Below, piece after piece: positions 41,501 to 54,200 of a DNA stretch of 64,000 bases. Source of the stretch: the human T2T-CHM13v2.0 reference genome, Homo sapiens; assembly GCF_009914755.1 (NCBI RefSeq), contig NC_060937.1, one strand, 5' to 3'. Below the pieces are notes generated by a model. That model had not been told where the DNA came from. It worked only from the letters and a program-made list of their open reading frames with translations, and did not search any database. The position numbers and the translations under genes are program-made. Position 1 is the first letter of the stretch. Every line of letters starts with the position of its first letter.

Positions 41501-42134
41501 TCTAAAAAAACAGTGCTTCAAAACAGCTCTATCAAAAGAAAGGTTCAGCTCTGTGAGTTGAATGCACACATCACAAAGAAGGCTCTGAGAATGCTTCTCT
41601 CTAGTTTTTATGTGAAGATATTCCCGTTTACAAAGAAGGCCTCAAAGCACTCCATATATCCACTTGCAGATTCTACAAAAAGAGTGTTTCAAAACTGCTC
41701 TGTGAAAAGGTATGTTCAACTCTGTGGGTTGAATGCAAACAATACAAAGAAGTTTCTGAGAATGCTTCCATCTGGTTTTTATGTGAAGGTATTTCCTTTT
41801 CCACCACAGGCCTCAAAGCTTGCCAAATGTCCACTTGCAGATTCTACAAAAAGAGTGTTTAAAAACTGCTCTGTGAAAAGGTATGTTCAACTCTGTGGGT
41901 TGAATGCAAACAATACAAAGAAGTTTCTGAGAATGCTTCCATCTGGTTTTTATGTGAAGGTATTTCCTTTTCCACCACAGGCCTCAAAGCTTTCCAAATG
42001 TCCACTTGCAGATTCTACAAAAAGAGTGTTTAAAAACTGCTCTATCAAAAGGAAGATTCTACTCTTTGTGTTGAATGTGCAGATCACAAAGAAGTTTCTG
42101 AGAATGCTTCTGTCTAGTTTTTATGTGGAGATAT

Positions 42135-42323
42135 TCCCGTTTCCAACGAAGGCCTCTAAGCAGTACAAATATCCACTCTGCAGATTTTGCGAAAAGAGTG
42201 TTTCCAAACTCCTCTATCAACAGAAAGGTTCAACTCTGTGTGTTGAATGCACACATCACAAAGAAATTTCCCAGAATTCTTCTGTCTAGTTCTTATGTGA
42301 AGATATTCCCGTTTCCGACGAAG
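42135..42323 (-). promoter_or_regulatory. CENP-B box pair, HOR copy 3
   Basis: TCCCGTTTCCAACGAAG at 42135 and TCCCGTTTCCGACGAAG at 42307. Confidence 0.88.
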
Positions 42324-45300
42324 GCCTCAAAGCAGTCCAAATATCCACTTGCAGATTCTACGAAACGAGTGTTTCAAAACTGCTCTATGACAAGGTATGT
42401 TCAAATCTGTGAGTTGAATGCACACATCACAAAGAACTTTCTGAGAATGCATCTGTCTAGTGTTTATGTAAAGATATTCCTGTTTCCAAAGAAAACCTAA
42501 AAGCAGTCCAAATATCCACTTGCAGATTCTACGAAAAGAGTGTTTCAAAACTCCTCTATGAAAAGGTATTTTCAACTTTGTGAGTTGAATGCAAACAGCA
42601 CAAAGAAGTTTCTCAGAATGCTTCTGTCTGACTTTTATGTGAAGATATTTTCTTTCTCACCATAGGCCTCAAAGCTCTCCAAATGTCCACTTGCCGATTC
42701 TTCAAAAAGAGTGTTTCAAGACTGGTCTATGAAAAGAAAGGTTCAAGTCTGTGAGTTGAATGCCCACATCACAAAGAAGTTGCTGAGAATGCTTTTGTCT
42801 AGTTTTTATTTGAAGATATTCACATTTCCAAAGAAGGCCTGAAAGCGTTCCAATTATCCATTTGCATATTCTACCAAAAGAGTTTTCCAAAACTGCTCTA
42901 TGAAAAGGTATGTCCATCTCTGTGAGTTGAATGCAAACATAACAAAGTAGGTACTGAGAATGTTTCTGTCTAGTTTTCATGGGAAGGTATTTCCATTTCC
43001 ACCATATGCTTCAAAAGTCTCCAAATGTCCACTTGCAGATTCTATAAAAACAGTGTTTCAAAACTGCTCTATCAAAAGAAAGGTTCAACTCTCTGAGTTG
43101 AATGCCCCCATCACAAAGGTGTTTCTGAGAATGCTTCTGTCTAGTTTTTATGTGAAGATATTCCCGTTTCCAACGAGGTCCTTAAAGCAGTCCAAATATC
43201 CTCTTGCAGATTCTACAAAAAGAGTGTTTCAAAACTGCTCTATGAAAAGTTATTTTCAACTCTGTGAGTTGAATGCAAATATCACAAAGATGTTTTTGAG
43301 AATGCTTCTGTCCAGTTTTTATGTGAAGATATTTCCTTTTCCACTGTAGGCCTCAAAGCTCTCTTGGCTTTGCACTTGCAGATTCTACAAAAAGAATGTT
43401 TCAAACTGCTCCTTCAAAAGAGTGGTTCAGCTCTGTGAGTTGAGTGGCCTCATCACAAAGAAGTTTCTGAGGATGCTTCTGTCTAATTTTTATGTTAAGA
43501 TATTTCTGTTTCCACTGAAGGCCTCAAAGCAGTCCAAATATCCCCTTGCAGATACTACGAAAAGAGTTTTTCAAAACTGCGCTATGAAAAGGTATTTCAT
43601 CTCTGTGAGTTGAATGCAAACATCACAAAGAAGTTTCTGAAAATGCTTCTGTCTTCTTTTTATGTGAAGGTATATCATTTTCCACCATAGGCCTCAAAGC
43701 TTCCCAAATGTCCACTTGCAGATTCTACAAAAAGTCTGTTTCAAAACTGCTCTATCAAAACAAAAGTTCAACTCTCTGAGTTGAATGCACATATCACAAA
43801 GAAGTTTCTGAGAATTCTTCTTTCTAGATTTTATGTGAAGGTATTCCCGTTTCCAACAAAGGCCTCCAATCAGTCCAAATATCCACTGGCAGATTCTACG
43901 AAGAGTGTTTCAAAACTGCTCTATGAAAAGGTATGTTCAACTCTGTGAGTTGAATGCAAACATCACAGAGGAGATTCTGAGAATGCTTCTGTCCAGTTTT
44001 TATGTGGAGATATTTCCTTTTCCACCATAGGCCTCAAAGCTCTCCAAATGACCACTTGCAGATGCTACAAAAACAGTGTTTCAAAACTGTTCTATGAAAA
44101 TAAAGGTTAACACTGTGAGTTGAATGCAAACATCACAAAGAAGTTTCTGAAAATGCTTCTGTCTGGTTTTTATGTGAAGGTATATCATTTTCCACCATAG
44201 GCCTCAAAGCTTCCCAAATGTCCACTTGCAGATTCTGCAAAAAGTCTGTTTCAAAACTGCTCTATCAAAAGAAAAGTTCAACTCTCTGAGTTGAATGCAC
44301 ACATCACAAAGAAGTTTCTGAGAATTCTTCTTTCTAGTTTTTATATGAAGATATTCCCGTGTCCAACAAAGGCCTCCAATCAGTCCAAATATCCACTGGC
44401 AGATTCTACGAAGAGTGTTTCAAAACTGCTCTATGAAAAGGGACGTTCAACTCTGTGAGTTCAATGCAAACATCACAGCGGAGATTCTGAAAATGCTTCT
44501 GTCCTGTTTCTTTGTGAAGTTATTTACTTTTGCACCATAGGCCTCGAAGCTCTCCAAATGACCACTTGCAGATGCTACAAAAACAGTGTTTCAAAACTGC
44601 CCTATCAAAATAAAGGTTAACACAGTGAGTTGAATGCAATCATCACAAAGTAGTTGCTGAGAATGCTTCTGTCTCGTTTTTATGTGAAGATATTCTCGTT
44701 TACAATGAAGGCCTCAAAGCATTCCAAATATACACTTGCAGATTCTTCGAAAATACTGCTTCAAAACTGCTCTATGAAGAGGTGTGTTCAACTCTGTGAG
44801 TTGAATGCAAACGTCACAAAGAAGTTTCTGAGAATCTTTGTGTCTGGTTTTTATGTGAAGATATTTCCTTTTCCACCGTAGGCCTCCAAGCTCTCCAAAT
44901 GTCCACTGGCAGATTCTACAAAAACGGTTTTTCAAAACTGCTCTATCAATAGAAAGCTTCAACTCTGTGAGTTGAAATCACACATCACAAAGAAGTTTCT
45001 GAGAATGCTTCCGTCTAGTTTTTATGTGAAGATATTCCTCTTTCCAACGAAGGCCTCAAAGCAGTCCAAATATCCATTTGCAGATCCTACGAAAAGAGTG
45101 TTTCAAAACTGCTCTATGAAAAGGTATGTTCAACTCTGTGAGTTGAATGCAAACGTCACAAACAAGTTTCTGAGAATGCTTCTGTCTAGTTTCTATGTGA
45201 AGATATTTCCTTCTCCACCACAGGCCTCGAAGCTCTGAAAATTTCCACATGCAGATTCTAAAAAAACAGTGCTTCAAAACAGCTCTATCAAAAGAAAGGT

Positions 45301-45890
45301 TCAGCTCTGTGAGTTGAATGCACACATCACAAAGAAGGCTCTGAGAATGCTTCTCTCTAGTTTTTATGTGAAGATATTCCCGTTTACAAAGAAGGCCTCA
45401 AAGCACTCCATATATCCACTTGCAGATTCTACAAAAAGAGTGTTTCAAAACTGCTCTGTGAAAAGGTATGTTCAACTCTGTGGGTTGAATGCAAACAATA
45501 CAAAGAAGTTTCTGAGAATGCTTCCATCTGGTTTTTATGTGAAGGTATTTCCTTTTCCACCACAGGCCTCAAAGCTTGCCAAATGTCCACTTGCAGATTC
45601 TACAAAAAGAGTGTTTAAAAACTGCTCTGTGAAAAGGTATGTTCAACTCTGTGGGTTGAATGCAAACAATACAAAGAAGTTTCTGAGAATGCTTCCATCT
45701 GGTTTTTATGTGAAGGTATTTCCTTTTCCACCACAGGCCTCAAAGCTTTCCAAATGTCCACTTGCAGATTCTACAAAAAGAGTGTTTAAAAACTGCTCTA
45801 TCAAAAGGAAGATTCTACTCTTTGTGTTGAATGTGCAGATCACAAAGAAGTTTCTGAGAATGCTTCTGTCTAGTTTTTATGTGGAGATAT

Positions 45891-46079
45891 TCCCGTTTCC
45901 AACGAAGGCCTCTAAGCAGTACAAATATCCACTCTGCAGATTTTGCGAAAAGAGTGTTTCCAAACTCCTCTATCAACAGAAAGGTTCAACTCTGTGTGTT
46001 GAATGCACACATCACAAAGAAATTTCCCAGAATTCTTCTGTCTAGTTCTTATGTGAAGATATTCCCGTTTCCGACGAAG
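45891..46079 (-). promoter_or_regulatory. CENP-B box pair, HOR copy 4
   Basis: TCCCGTTTCCAACGAAG at 45891 and TCCCGTTTCCGACGAAG at 46063. Confidence 0.88.
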
Positions 46080-49000
46080 GCCTCAAAGCAGTCCAAATAT
46101 CCACTTGCAGATTCTACGAAACGAGTGTTTCAAAACTGCTCTATGACAAGGTATGTTCAAATCTGTGAGTTGAATGCACACATCACAAAGAACTTTCTGA
46201 GAATGCATCTGTCTAGTTTTTATGTAAAGATATTCCTGTTTCCAAAGAAAACCTAAAAGCAGTCCAAATATCCACTTGCAGATTCTACGAAAAGAGTGTT
46301 TCAAAACTCCTCTATGAAAAGGTATTTTCAACTTTGTGAGTTGAATGCAAACAGCACAAAGAAGTTTCTCAGAATGCTTCTGTCTGGTTTTTATGTGAAG
46401 ATATTTTCTTTCTCACCATAGGCCTCAAAGCTCTCCAAATGTCCACTTGCAGATTCTTCAAAAAGAGTGTTTCAAGACTGGTCTATGAAAAGAAAGGTTC
46501 AAGTCTGTGAGTTGAATGCCCACATCACAAAGAAGTTTCTGAGAATGCTTTTGTCTAGTTTTTATTTGAAGATATTCACATTTCCAACGAAGGCCTGAAA
46601 GCGTTCCAATTATCCATTTGCATATTCTACCAAAAGAGTTTTCCAAAACTGCTCTATGAAAAGGTATGTCCGTCTCTGTGAGTTGAATGCAAACATAACA
46701 AAGTAGGTACTGAGAATGTTTCTGTCTAGTTTTCATGGGAAGGTATTTCCATTTCCACCATATGCTTCAAAAGTCTCCAAATGTCCACTTGCAGATTCTA
46801 TAAAAACAGTGTTTCAAAACTGCTCTATCAAAAGAAAGGTTCAACTCTCTGAGTTGAATGCCCACATCACAAAGGTGTTTCTGAGAATGCTTCTGTCTAG
46901 TTTTTATGTGAAGATATTCCCGTTTCCAACGAGGTCCTTAAAGCAGTCCAAATATCCTCTTGCAGATTCTACAAAAAGAGTGTTTCAAAACTGCTCTACG
47001 AAAAGTTATTTTCAACTCTGTGAGTTGAATGCAAATATCACAAAGATGTTTTTGAGAATGCTTCTGTCCAGTTTTTATGTGAAGATATTTCCTTTTCCAC
47101 TGTAGGCCTCAAAGCTCTCTTGGCTTTGCACTTGCAGATTCTACAAAAAGAATGTTTCAAACTGCTCCTTCAAAAGAGTGGTTCACCTCTGTGAGTTGAA
47201 TGGCCTCATCACAAAGAAGTTTCTGAGAATGCTTCTGTCTAATTTTTATGTTAAGATATTTCTGTTTCCACTGAAGGCCTCAAAGCAGTCCAAATATCCC
47301 CTTGCAGATACTACGGAAAGAGTTTTTCAAAACTGCGCTATGAAAAGGTATTTCATCTCTGTGAGTTGAATGCAAACATCACAAAGAAGTTTCTGAAAAT
47401 GCTTCTGTCTTCTTTTTATGTGAAGGTATATCATTTTCCACCATAGGCCTCAAAGCTTCCCAAATGTCCACTTGCAGATTCTACAAAAAGTCTGTTTCAA
47501 AACTGCTCTATCAAAAGAAAAGTTCAACTCTCTGAGTTGAATGCACATATCACAAAGAAGTTTCTGAGAATTCTTCTTTCTAGATTTTATGTGAAGGTAT
47601 TCCCGTTTCCAACAAAGGCCTCAAATCAGTCCAAATAACCACTTGTGGATTCTACGAAAAGAGTGTTTCAAAACTGCTCTATGAAAAGGTATGTTCAACT
47701 CTGTGAGTTGAATGCAAACATCACAGAGGAGATTCTGAGAATGCTTCTGTCCAGTTTTTATGTGGAGATATTTCCTTTTCCACCATAGGCCTCAAAGCTC
47801 TCCAAATGACCACTTGCAGATGCTACAAAAACAGTGTTTCAAAACTGTTCTATGAAAATAAAGGTTAACACTGTGAGTTGAATGCAAACATCGCAAAGAA
47901 GTTTCTGAAAATGCTTCTGTCTGGTTTATATGTGAAGGTATATCATTTTCCACCATAGGCCTCAAAGCTCTCCAAATGAACACTTGCAGATGCTACCAAA
48001 ACAGTGTTTCAAAACTGCCCTATCAAAATAAAGGTTAACACAGTGAGTTGAATGCAATCATCACAAAGTAGTTGCTGAGAATGCTTCTGTCTCGTTTTTA
48101 TGTGAAGATATTCTCGTTTACAATGAAGGCCTCAAAGCATTCCAAATATACACTTGCAGATTCTACGAAAAGACTGCTTCAAAACTGCTCTATGAAAAGG
48201 TGTGTTCAACTCTGTGAGTTGAGTGCAAGCGTCACAAAGAAGTTTCTGAGAATCTTTGTGTCTGGTTTTTATGTGAAGATATTTCCTTTTCCACCGTAGG
48301 CCTCCAAGCTCTCCAAATGTCCACTGGCAGATTCTACAAAAACGGTTTTTCAAAACTGCTCTATCAATAGAAAGCTTCAACTCTGTGAGTTGAATTCACA
48401 CATCACAAAGAAGTTTCTGAGAATGCTTCCGTCTAGTTTTTATGTGAAGATATTCCTCTTTCCAACGAAGGCCTCAAAGCAGTCCAAATATCCATTTGCA
48501 GATCCTACGAAAAGAGTGTTTCAAAATTGCTCTATGAAAAGGTATGTTCAACTCTGTGAGTTGAATGCAAACGTCACAAACAAGTTTCTGAGAATGCTTC
48601 TGTCTAGTTTTTATGTGAAGATATTTCCTTCTCCACCACAGGCCTCGAAGCTCTGAAAATTTCCACATGCAGATTCTAAAAAAACAGTGCTTCAAAACAG
48701 CTCTATCAAAAGAAAGGTTCAGCTCTGTGAGTTGAATGCACACATCACAAAGAAGGCTCTGAGAATGCTTCTCTCTAGTTTTTATGTGAAGATATTCCCG
48801 TTTACAAAGAAGGCCTCAAAGCACTCCATATATCCATTTGCAGATTCCACAAAAAGAGTGTTTCAAAACTGCTCTGTGAAAAGGTATGTTCAACTCTGTG
48901 GGTTGAATGCAAACAATACAAAGAAGTTTCTGAGAATGCTTCCATCTGGTTTTTATGTGAAGGTATTTCCTTTTCCACCACAGGCCTCAAAGCTTTCCAA

Positions 49001-49137
49001 ATGTCCACTTGCAGATTCTACAAAAAGAGTGTTTAAAAACTGCTCTACCAAAAGGAAGATTCAACTCTTTGTTTTGAATGTGCAGATCACAAAGAAGTTT
49101 CTGAGAATGCTTCTGTCTAGTTTTTATGTGAAGATAT

Positions 49138-49326
49138 TCCCGTTTCCAACGAAGGCCTCTAAGCAGTACAAATATCCACTTTGCAGATTTTGCGAAAAGA
49201 GTGTTTCCAAACTGCTCTATCAAAAGAAACGTTCAACTCTGTGAGTTGAATGCACACATCACATAGAAATTTCCCAGAATTCTTCTGTCTAGTTCTTATG
49301 TGAAGATATTCCCGTTTCCGACGAAG
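49138..49326 (-). promoter_or_regulatory. CENP-B box pair, HOR copy 5
   Basis: TCCCGTTTCCAACGAAG at 49138 and TCCCGTTTCCGACGAAG at 49310. Confidence 0.88.
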
Positions 49327-51230
49327 GCCTCAAAGCAGTCCAAATATCCACTTGCAGATTCTACGAAACGAGTGTTTCAAAACTGCTCTATGAAAAGGTA
49401 TGTTCAAATCTGTGAGTTGAATGCACACATCACAAAGAACTTTCTGAGAATGCATCTGTCTAGTGTTTATGTAAAGATATTCCTGTTTCAAAGAAAACCT
49501 AAAAGCAGTCCAAATATCCACTTGCAGATTCTACGAAAAGAGTGTTTCAAAACTCCTCTATGAAAAGGTATTTTCAACTTTGTGAGTTGAATGCAAACAG
49601 CACAAAGAAGTTTCTCAGAATGCTTCTGTCTGGTTTTTATGTGAAGATATTTTCTTTCTCACCATAGGCCTCAAAGCTCTCCAAATGTCCACTTGCAGAT
49701 TCTTCAAAAAGAGTGTTTCAAGACTGCTCTATGAAAAGAAAGGTTCAAGTGTGTGAGTTGAATGCCCACATCACAAAGAAGTTTCTGAGAATGCTTTTGT
49801 CTACTTTTTATTTGAAGATATTCACATTTCCAACGAAGGCCTGAAAGCATTCCAATTATCCATTTGCATATTCTACCAAAAGAGTTTTCCAAAGCTGCTC
49901 TATGTAAAGGTATGTCCGTCTCTGTGAGTTGAATGCAAACATAACAAATTAGGTACTGAGAATGTTTCTGTCTAGTTTTCATGGGAAGGTATTTCCATTT
50001 CCACCATATGCTTCAAAAGTCTCCAAATGTCCACTTGCAGATTCTATAAAAACAGTGTTTCAAAACAGCTCTATCAAAAGAAAGGTTCAACTCTCTGAGT
50101 TGAATGCCCACATCACAAAGGTGTTTCTGAGAATGCTTCTGTCTAGTTTTTATGTGAAGATATTCCCGTTTCCAACGAGGTCCTTAAAGCAGTCCAAATA
50201 TCCTCTTGCAGATTCTACAAAAAGAGTGTTTCAAAACTGCTCTACGAAAAGTTATTTTCAACTCTGTGAGTTGAATGCAAATATCACAAAGATGTTTTTG
50301 AGAATGCTTCTGTCCAGTTTTTATGTGAAGATATTTCCTTTTCCACTGTAGGCCTCAAAGCTCTCTTGGCTTTGCACTTGCAGATTCTACAAAAAGAATG
50401 TTTCAAACTGCTCCTTCAAAAGAGTGGTTCAGCTCTGTGAGTTGAATGGCCTCATCACAAAGAAGTTTCTGAGAATGCTTCTGTCTAATTTTTATGTTAA
50501 GATATTTCTGTTTCCACTGAAGGCCTCAAAGCAGTCCAAATATCCCCTTGCAGATACTACGAAAAGAGTTTTTCAAAACTGCGCTATGAAAAGGTATTTC
50601 ATCTCTGTGAGTTGAATGCAAACATCACAAAGAAGTTTCTGAAAATGCTTCTGTCTTCTTTTTATGTGAAGGTATATCATTTTCCACCATAGGCCTCAAA
50701 GCTTCCCAAATGTCCACTTGCAGATTCTACAAATGTCTGTTTCAAAACTGCTCTATCAAAAGAAAAGTTCAACTCTCTGAGTTGAATGCACATATCACAA
50801 AGAAGTTTCTGAGAATTCTTCTTTCTAGATTTTATGTGAAGGTATTCCCGTTTCCAACAAAGGCCTCAAATCAGTCCAAATATCCACTTGTGGATTCTAC
50901 GAAAAGAGTGTTTCAAAACTGCTCTATGAAAAGGTATGTTCAACTCTGTGAGTTGAATGCAAACATCACAGAGGAGATTCTGAGAATGCTTCTGTCCAGT
51001 TTTTATGTGGAGATATTTCCTTTTCCACCAAAGGCCTCAAAGCTCTCCAAATGACCACTTGCAGATGCTACAAAAACAGTGTTTCAAATCTGTTCTATGA
51101 AAATAAAGGTTAACACTGTGAGTTGAATGCAATCATCACAAAGTAGTTGCTGAGAATGCTTCTGTCTCGTTTTTTTGTGAAGATATTCTCATTTACAGCG
51201 AAGGCCTCAAAGCAGTCCAAATATACACTT

Positions 51231-54200
51231 GCAGATTCTACGAAAAGAGTGTTTCAAAACTGCTCTATGTAAAGTTATGTTCACCTCTCTTAGTTGAATG
51301 CAAACATCACAAAGAAGTTTCTGAGAATTTTTCTATCTAGTTTTTATGTGAGGATATTTCCTTTTCCACTGTAGGCCTCAAAGCTCTCCAAATGTCCACT
51401 TGCAGATTGTACAAAGTGAGTGCTTCAAAACTGCTCTATCAAAAGAAAGGTTCAAATCTCTGAGTTGAATGCCCACATCAAAAAGTTTTTTCTGAGAATG
51501 CTTCTATCTAGTTTTTATATGAAGATATTCCCGTTTCCAACGTAGTCCTTAAAGTAGTCCAAATATCCAATTGCAGATTAAACGAAAAGGGTGTTTCAAA
51601 ACTGCTCTATGAAATGTTATGTTCATCTCTGTGTTGGTTGAATGCAAACATCACAAAGAACGTTCTGAAAATGCTTCTGTTTCGTTTTTATGTGAAGATT
51701 TTCCCATTTCCAACGAAGGTCTCAAAGCCGTCCACATATCCATTTGCAGATTCTACGAAAAGTGTGTTTCGAAACTTCTCTATGAAAAGGTGTGTTTAAT
51801 TCTGTGAGTTGAATGCAACCATCACAAAGAAGTTTCTGAGAATCCTCCTGTCTAATTTTTATGTGAAGATATTCCCTTTTCCAACCAAGGCCTTAAAGCA
51901 GTCCAAATATCCATTTGCAGTTTCTACGAAAAGAATGTCTCAAATCTGCTCTATGATAAGGTACTTTCAACTCTGTGATTTGAATGCGCACATCACAAAG
52001 AAGTTTCTGAGAATGCTTATGTCTAGTTTTTATGTGAAGATATTCCCATTTCCATCGAAGGCCTCAAAGCTGTCCAAATATACACTTGCAGATTCCACGA
52101 AAAGAGTGTTTCAAATCTGAGATACGACAACGTATGTTCAACTCTTTGTGTTGAACGTAAACATCACAAAGAGGTTTCTAAGAATGCTTCTGTCTAGCTT
52201 TTATGTGAAAATATTTCCTTTTCCACCTTAGGCCTCAAATCTTTCCAAATGTCCACTTGCAGATTCTACTAAAAGGGTGTTTCAAAACTTCTCTACCAAA
52301 AGAAAGGTTCAACTCTGTGAGTGGAATGCACACATCACAAATAAGTTTCTGAGAATGCTTCTGTCTCATTTTTAAGTGAAGATATTCCCGTTTCCAATGA
52401 AATCCTCAAGGCAGTCCAAATATCCACTTGCAGATTCTACAAAAAGAGTGTTTCAAAACTGCTCTATGAAAAGATATGTTCAACTCTGTGAGTTGAGTGA
52501 AAATATCACAAAGAAGTTTCTGAGAATGCTTCTGTCTAGTTTTTATGTGAAGATATTTCCTTTTCCAATGTAGGCCTCAAAGCTTTCCGAATGTCCACTT
52601 ACAGATTCTGCAAAAGAGTGTTTCAAATCTACTCTCTCAAAAGAAAATTTCAACTCTGTGAGTTGAAGACGCACATCACAAAGCAGTTTTTGAGAATCCT
52701 TCGGTCTAGTTTTTATGTGAAGATATTCCCGTTTCCAATGAAGGCCTAAAATTAGTCCAAATATCCAATTGTAGATGCTACGAAAAGAGTATTTCAAAAC
52801 TGCTTTGTGAAAAGGTATGTTCAACTCCGTGAGTTGAATGCCAACATCACAAACAAATTTCTGAGAATGCTTCTGTCCAGTTTTCTTGTGAAGATATTTC
52901 CTTTTCCACCATAGGCCTCAAAGATCTCCAAATGTCCACTTGCAGATTCTACAAAAAGAGTGTTTCAAAACTGCTCTATCAAAGAAAGGTTCAACTCTGT
53001 GAGTTGAATGCACACATCAAAAAGCAGCTCCTCAGAATGCTTCTGTGTTGTTTTTATGTGAAGGTATTTCGTTTTTCACCATAGGCCTCAAAACGCTACA
53101 AATGTCCACTTGCAGTTTCCACAAAAAGAGTGAATCAAAACTGCTCTATCAAAAGAACGGTTCAACTCTGTGAGTTGAATGCACACATCACAAAGAAGAT
53201 TCTGAGAATGTTTCTGTCTAGTTCTTGTGAAGATATCCCTTTTCCATCAAAGGCCTCAAAGCGGTCCAATTATACACTTGCAAATTCTACAAAAAGAGTG
53301 TTTCAAAACTGCTCTATGAAAAGGAATTTTCAACTTTGTGAGTTGAGTGCACACATCACAAAGAAGTTTCTGAGAATACTGCTGTGTTGTTTTTAGGTGA
53401 AGATGTTTCCTTTTTCACCACAGGCCACAAAGCGCTCCAAATATCCACTTGCAGATTGTACAAAAAAAGTGTTTCAAAGCTGCTCTATCAAAAAAAAGCT
53501 TCAACTCTCTGAGTTGAGTGCATCCATCCCAAAGAAGTTTCTGAGAATGCTTCTGTCTAGTTTTTATGTGAAGATATTTCCTTTTTCACCATAGGCCTCA
53601 AAGCATTACAAATGTCCAATTGCAGATATTACAAAAAGAGTGTTTCAAAACTGCTCTATCAATAGAAAGGTTCAACTCTGAGAATTGAATGCACACATCA
53701 CAAAGAAGTTTCTGAGAATGTTTCTGTCAAGTTTTCTTGAAGATATCTCGTTTCCAACGAAGTTCTCAAAGCGGTCCAAATATCCACTTGCAAATTCTAC
53801 AAAAAGAGTGTTTCAAAATTGCTCTATGAAAAGGAGTGTTCCACTCTGTGAGTTGAAAGGAAACAACACAAAGAAGTTTCTGAGAATGCTTCTGTGTAGT
53901 TTTTATGTGAAGATATTTCCTTTTTCACCATTGGCCTCAAAGCCCTCCAAAAGTCCAGTTGCAGATTCTACAAAAAGGTAGTTTCAAAACTGCTCTATCA
54001 AAGGAAAGGTTCAACTCTGTGGATTGAATGCACACATTACAAAGAAGTTTCTGAGAATGCTTCTGTCTAGTTTTTATGTGAAGATACTTCGTTTTTCACC
54101 ATAGACTTCAAAGTGCCCTAAATGTCCACTTGCAGGTTCTCCAAAAAGAGTGCTTCAAATCTCCTCTATCAAAAGAAAGTTTCAACTCTCTGAGTTGAAT

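Larger units (their letters stand above)
32460..51230 (-). repeat. Homogeneous alpha-satellite HOR array, 21-mer base unit (~3585 bp), about 5.3 copies with 19/20/22-mer variants
   Basis: Matching track ORFs recur at 33899, 37313, 40898, 44654, 48072 (offsets 3414, 3585, 3756, 3418) and at 32665, 39666, 43422, 47178, 50424 (7001, 3756, 3756, 3246), all near multiples of 171. Marker GCTCTCTTGGCTTTGCAC at ~32601, 39602, 43358, 47114, 50360. Confidence 0.95.

Noticed and set aside
32460-51230. Active centromere core
   Set aside because: The array is only about 19 kb with two CENP-B boxes per 21 monomers and is bounded by divergent monomers; active HOR arrays are far larger.
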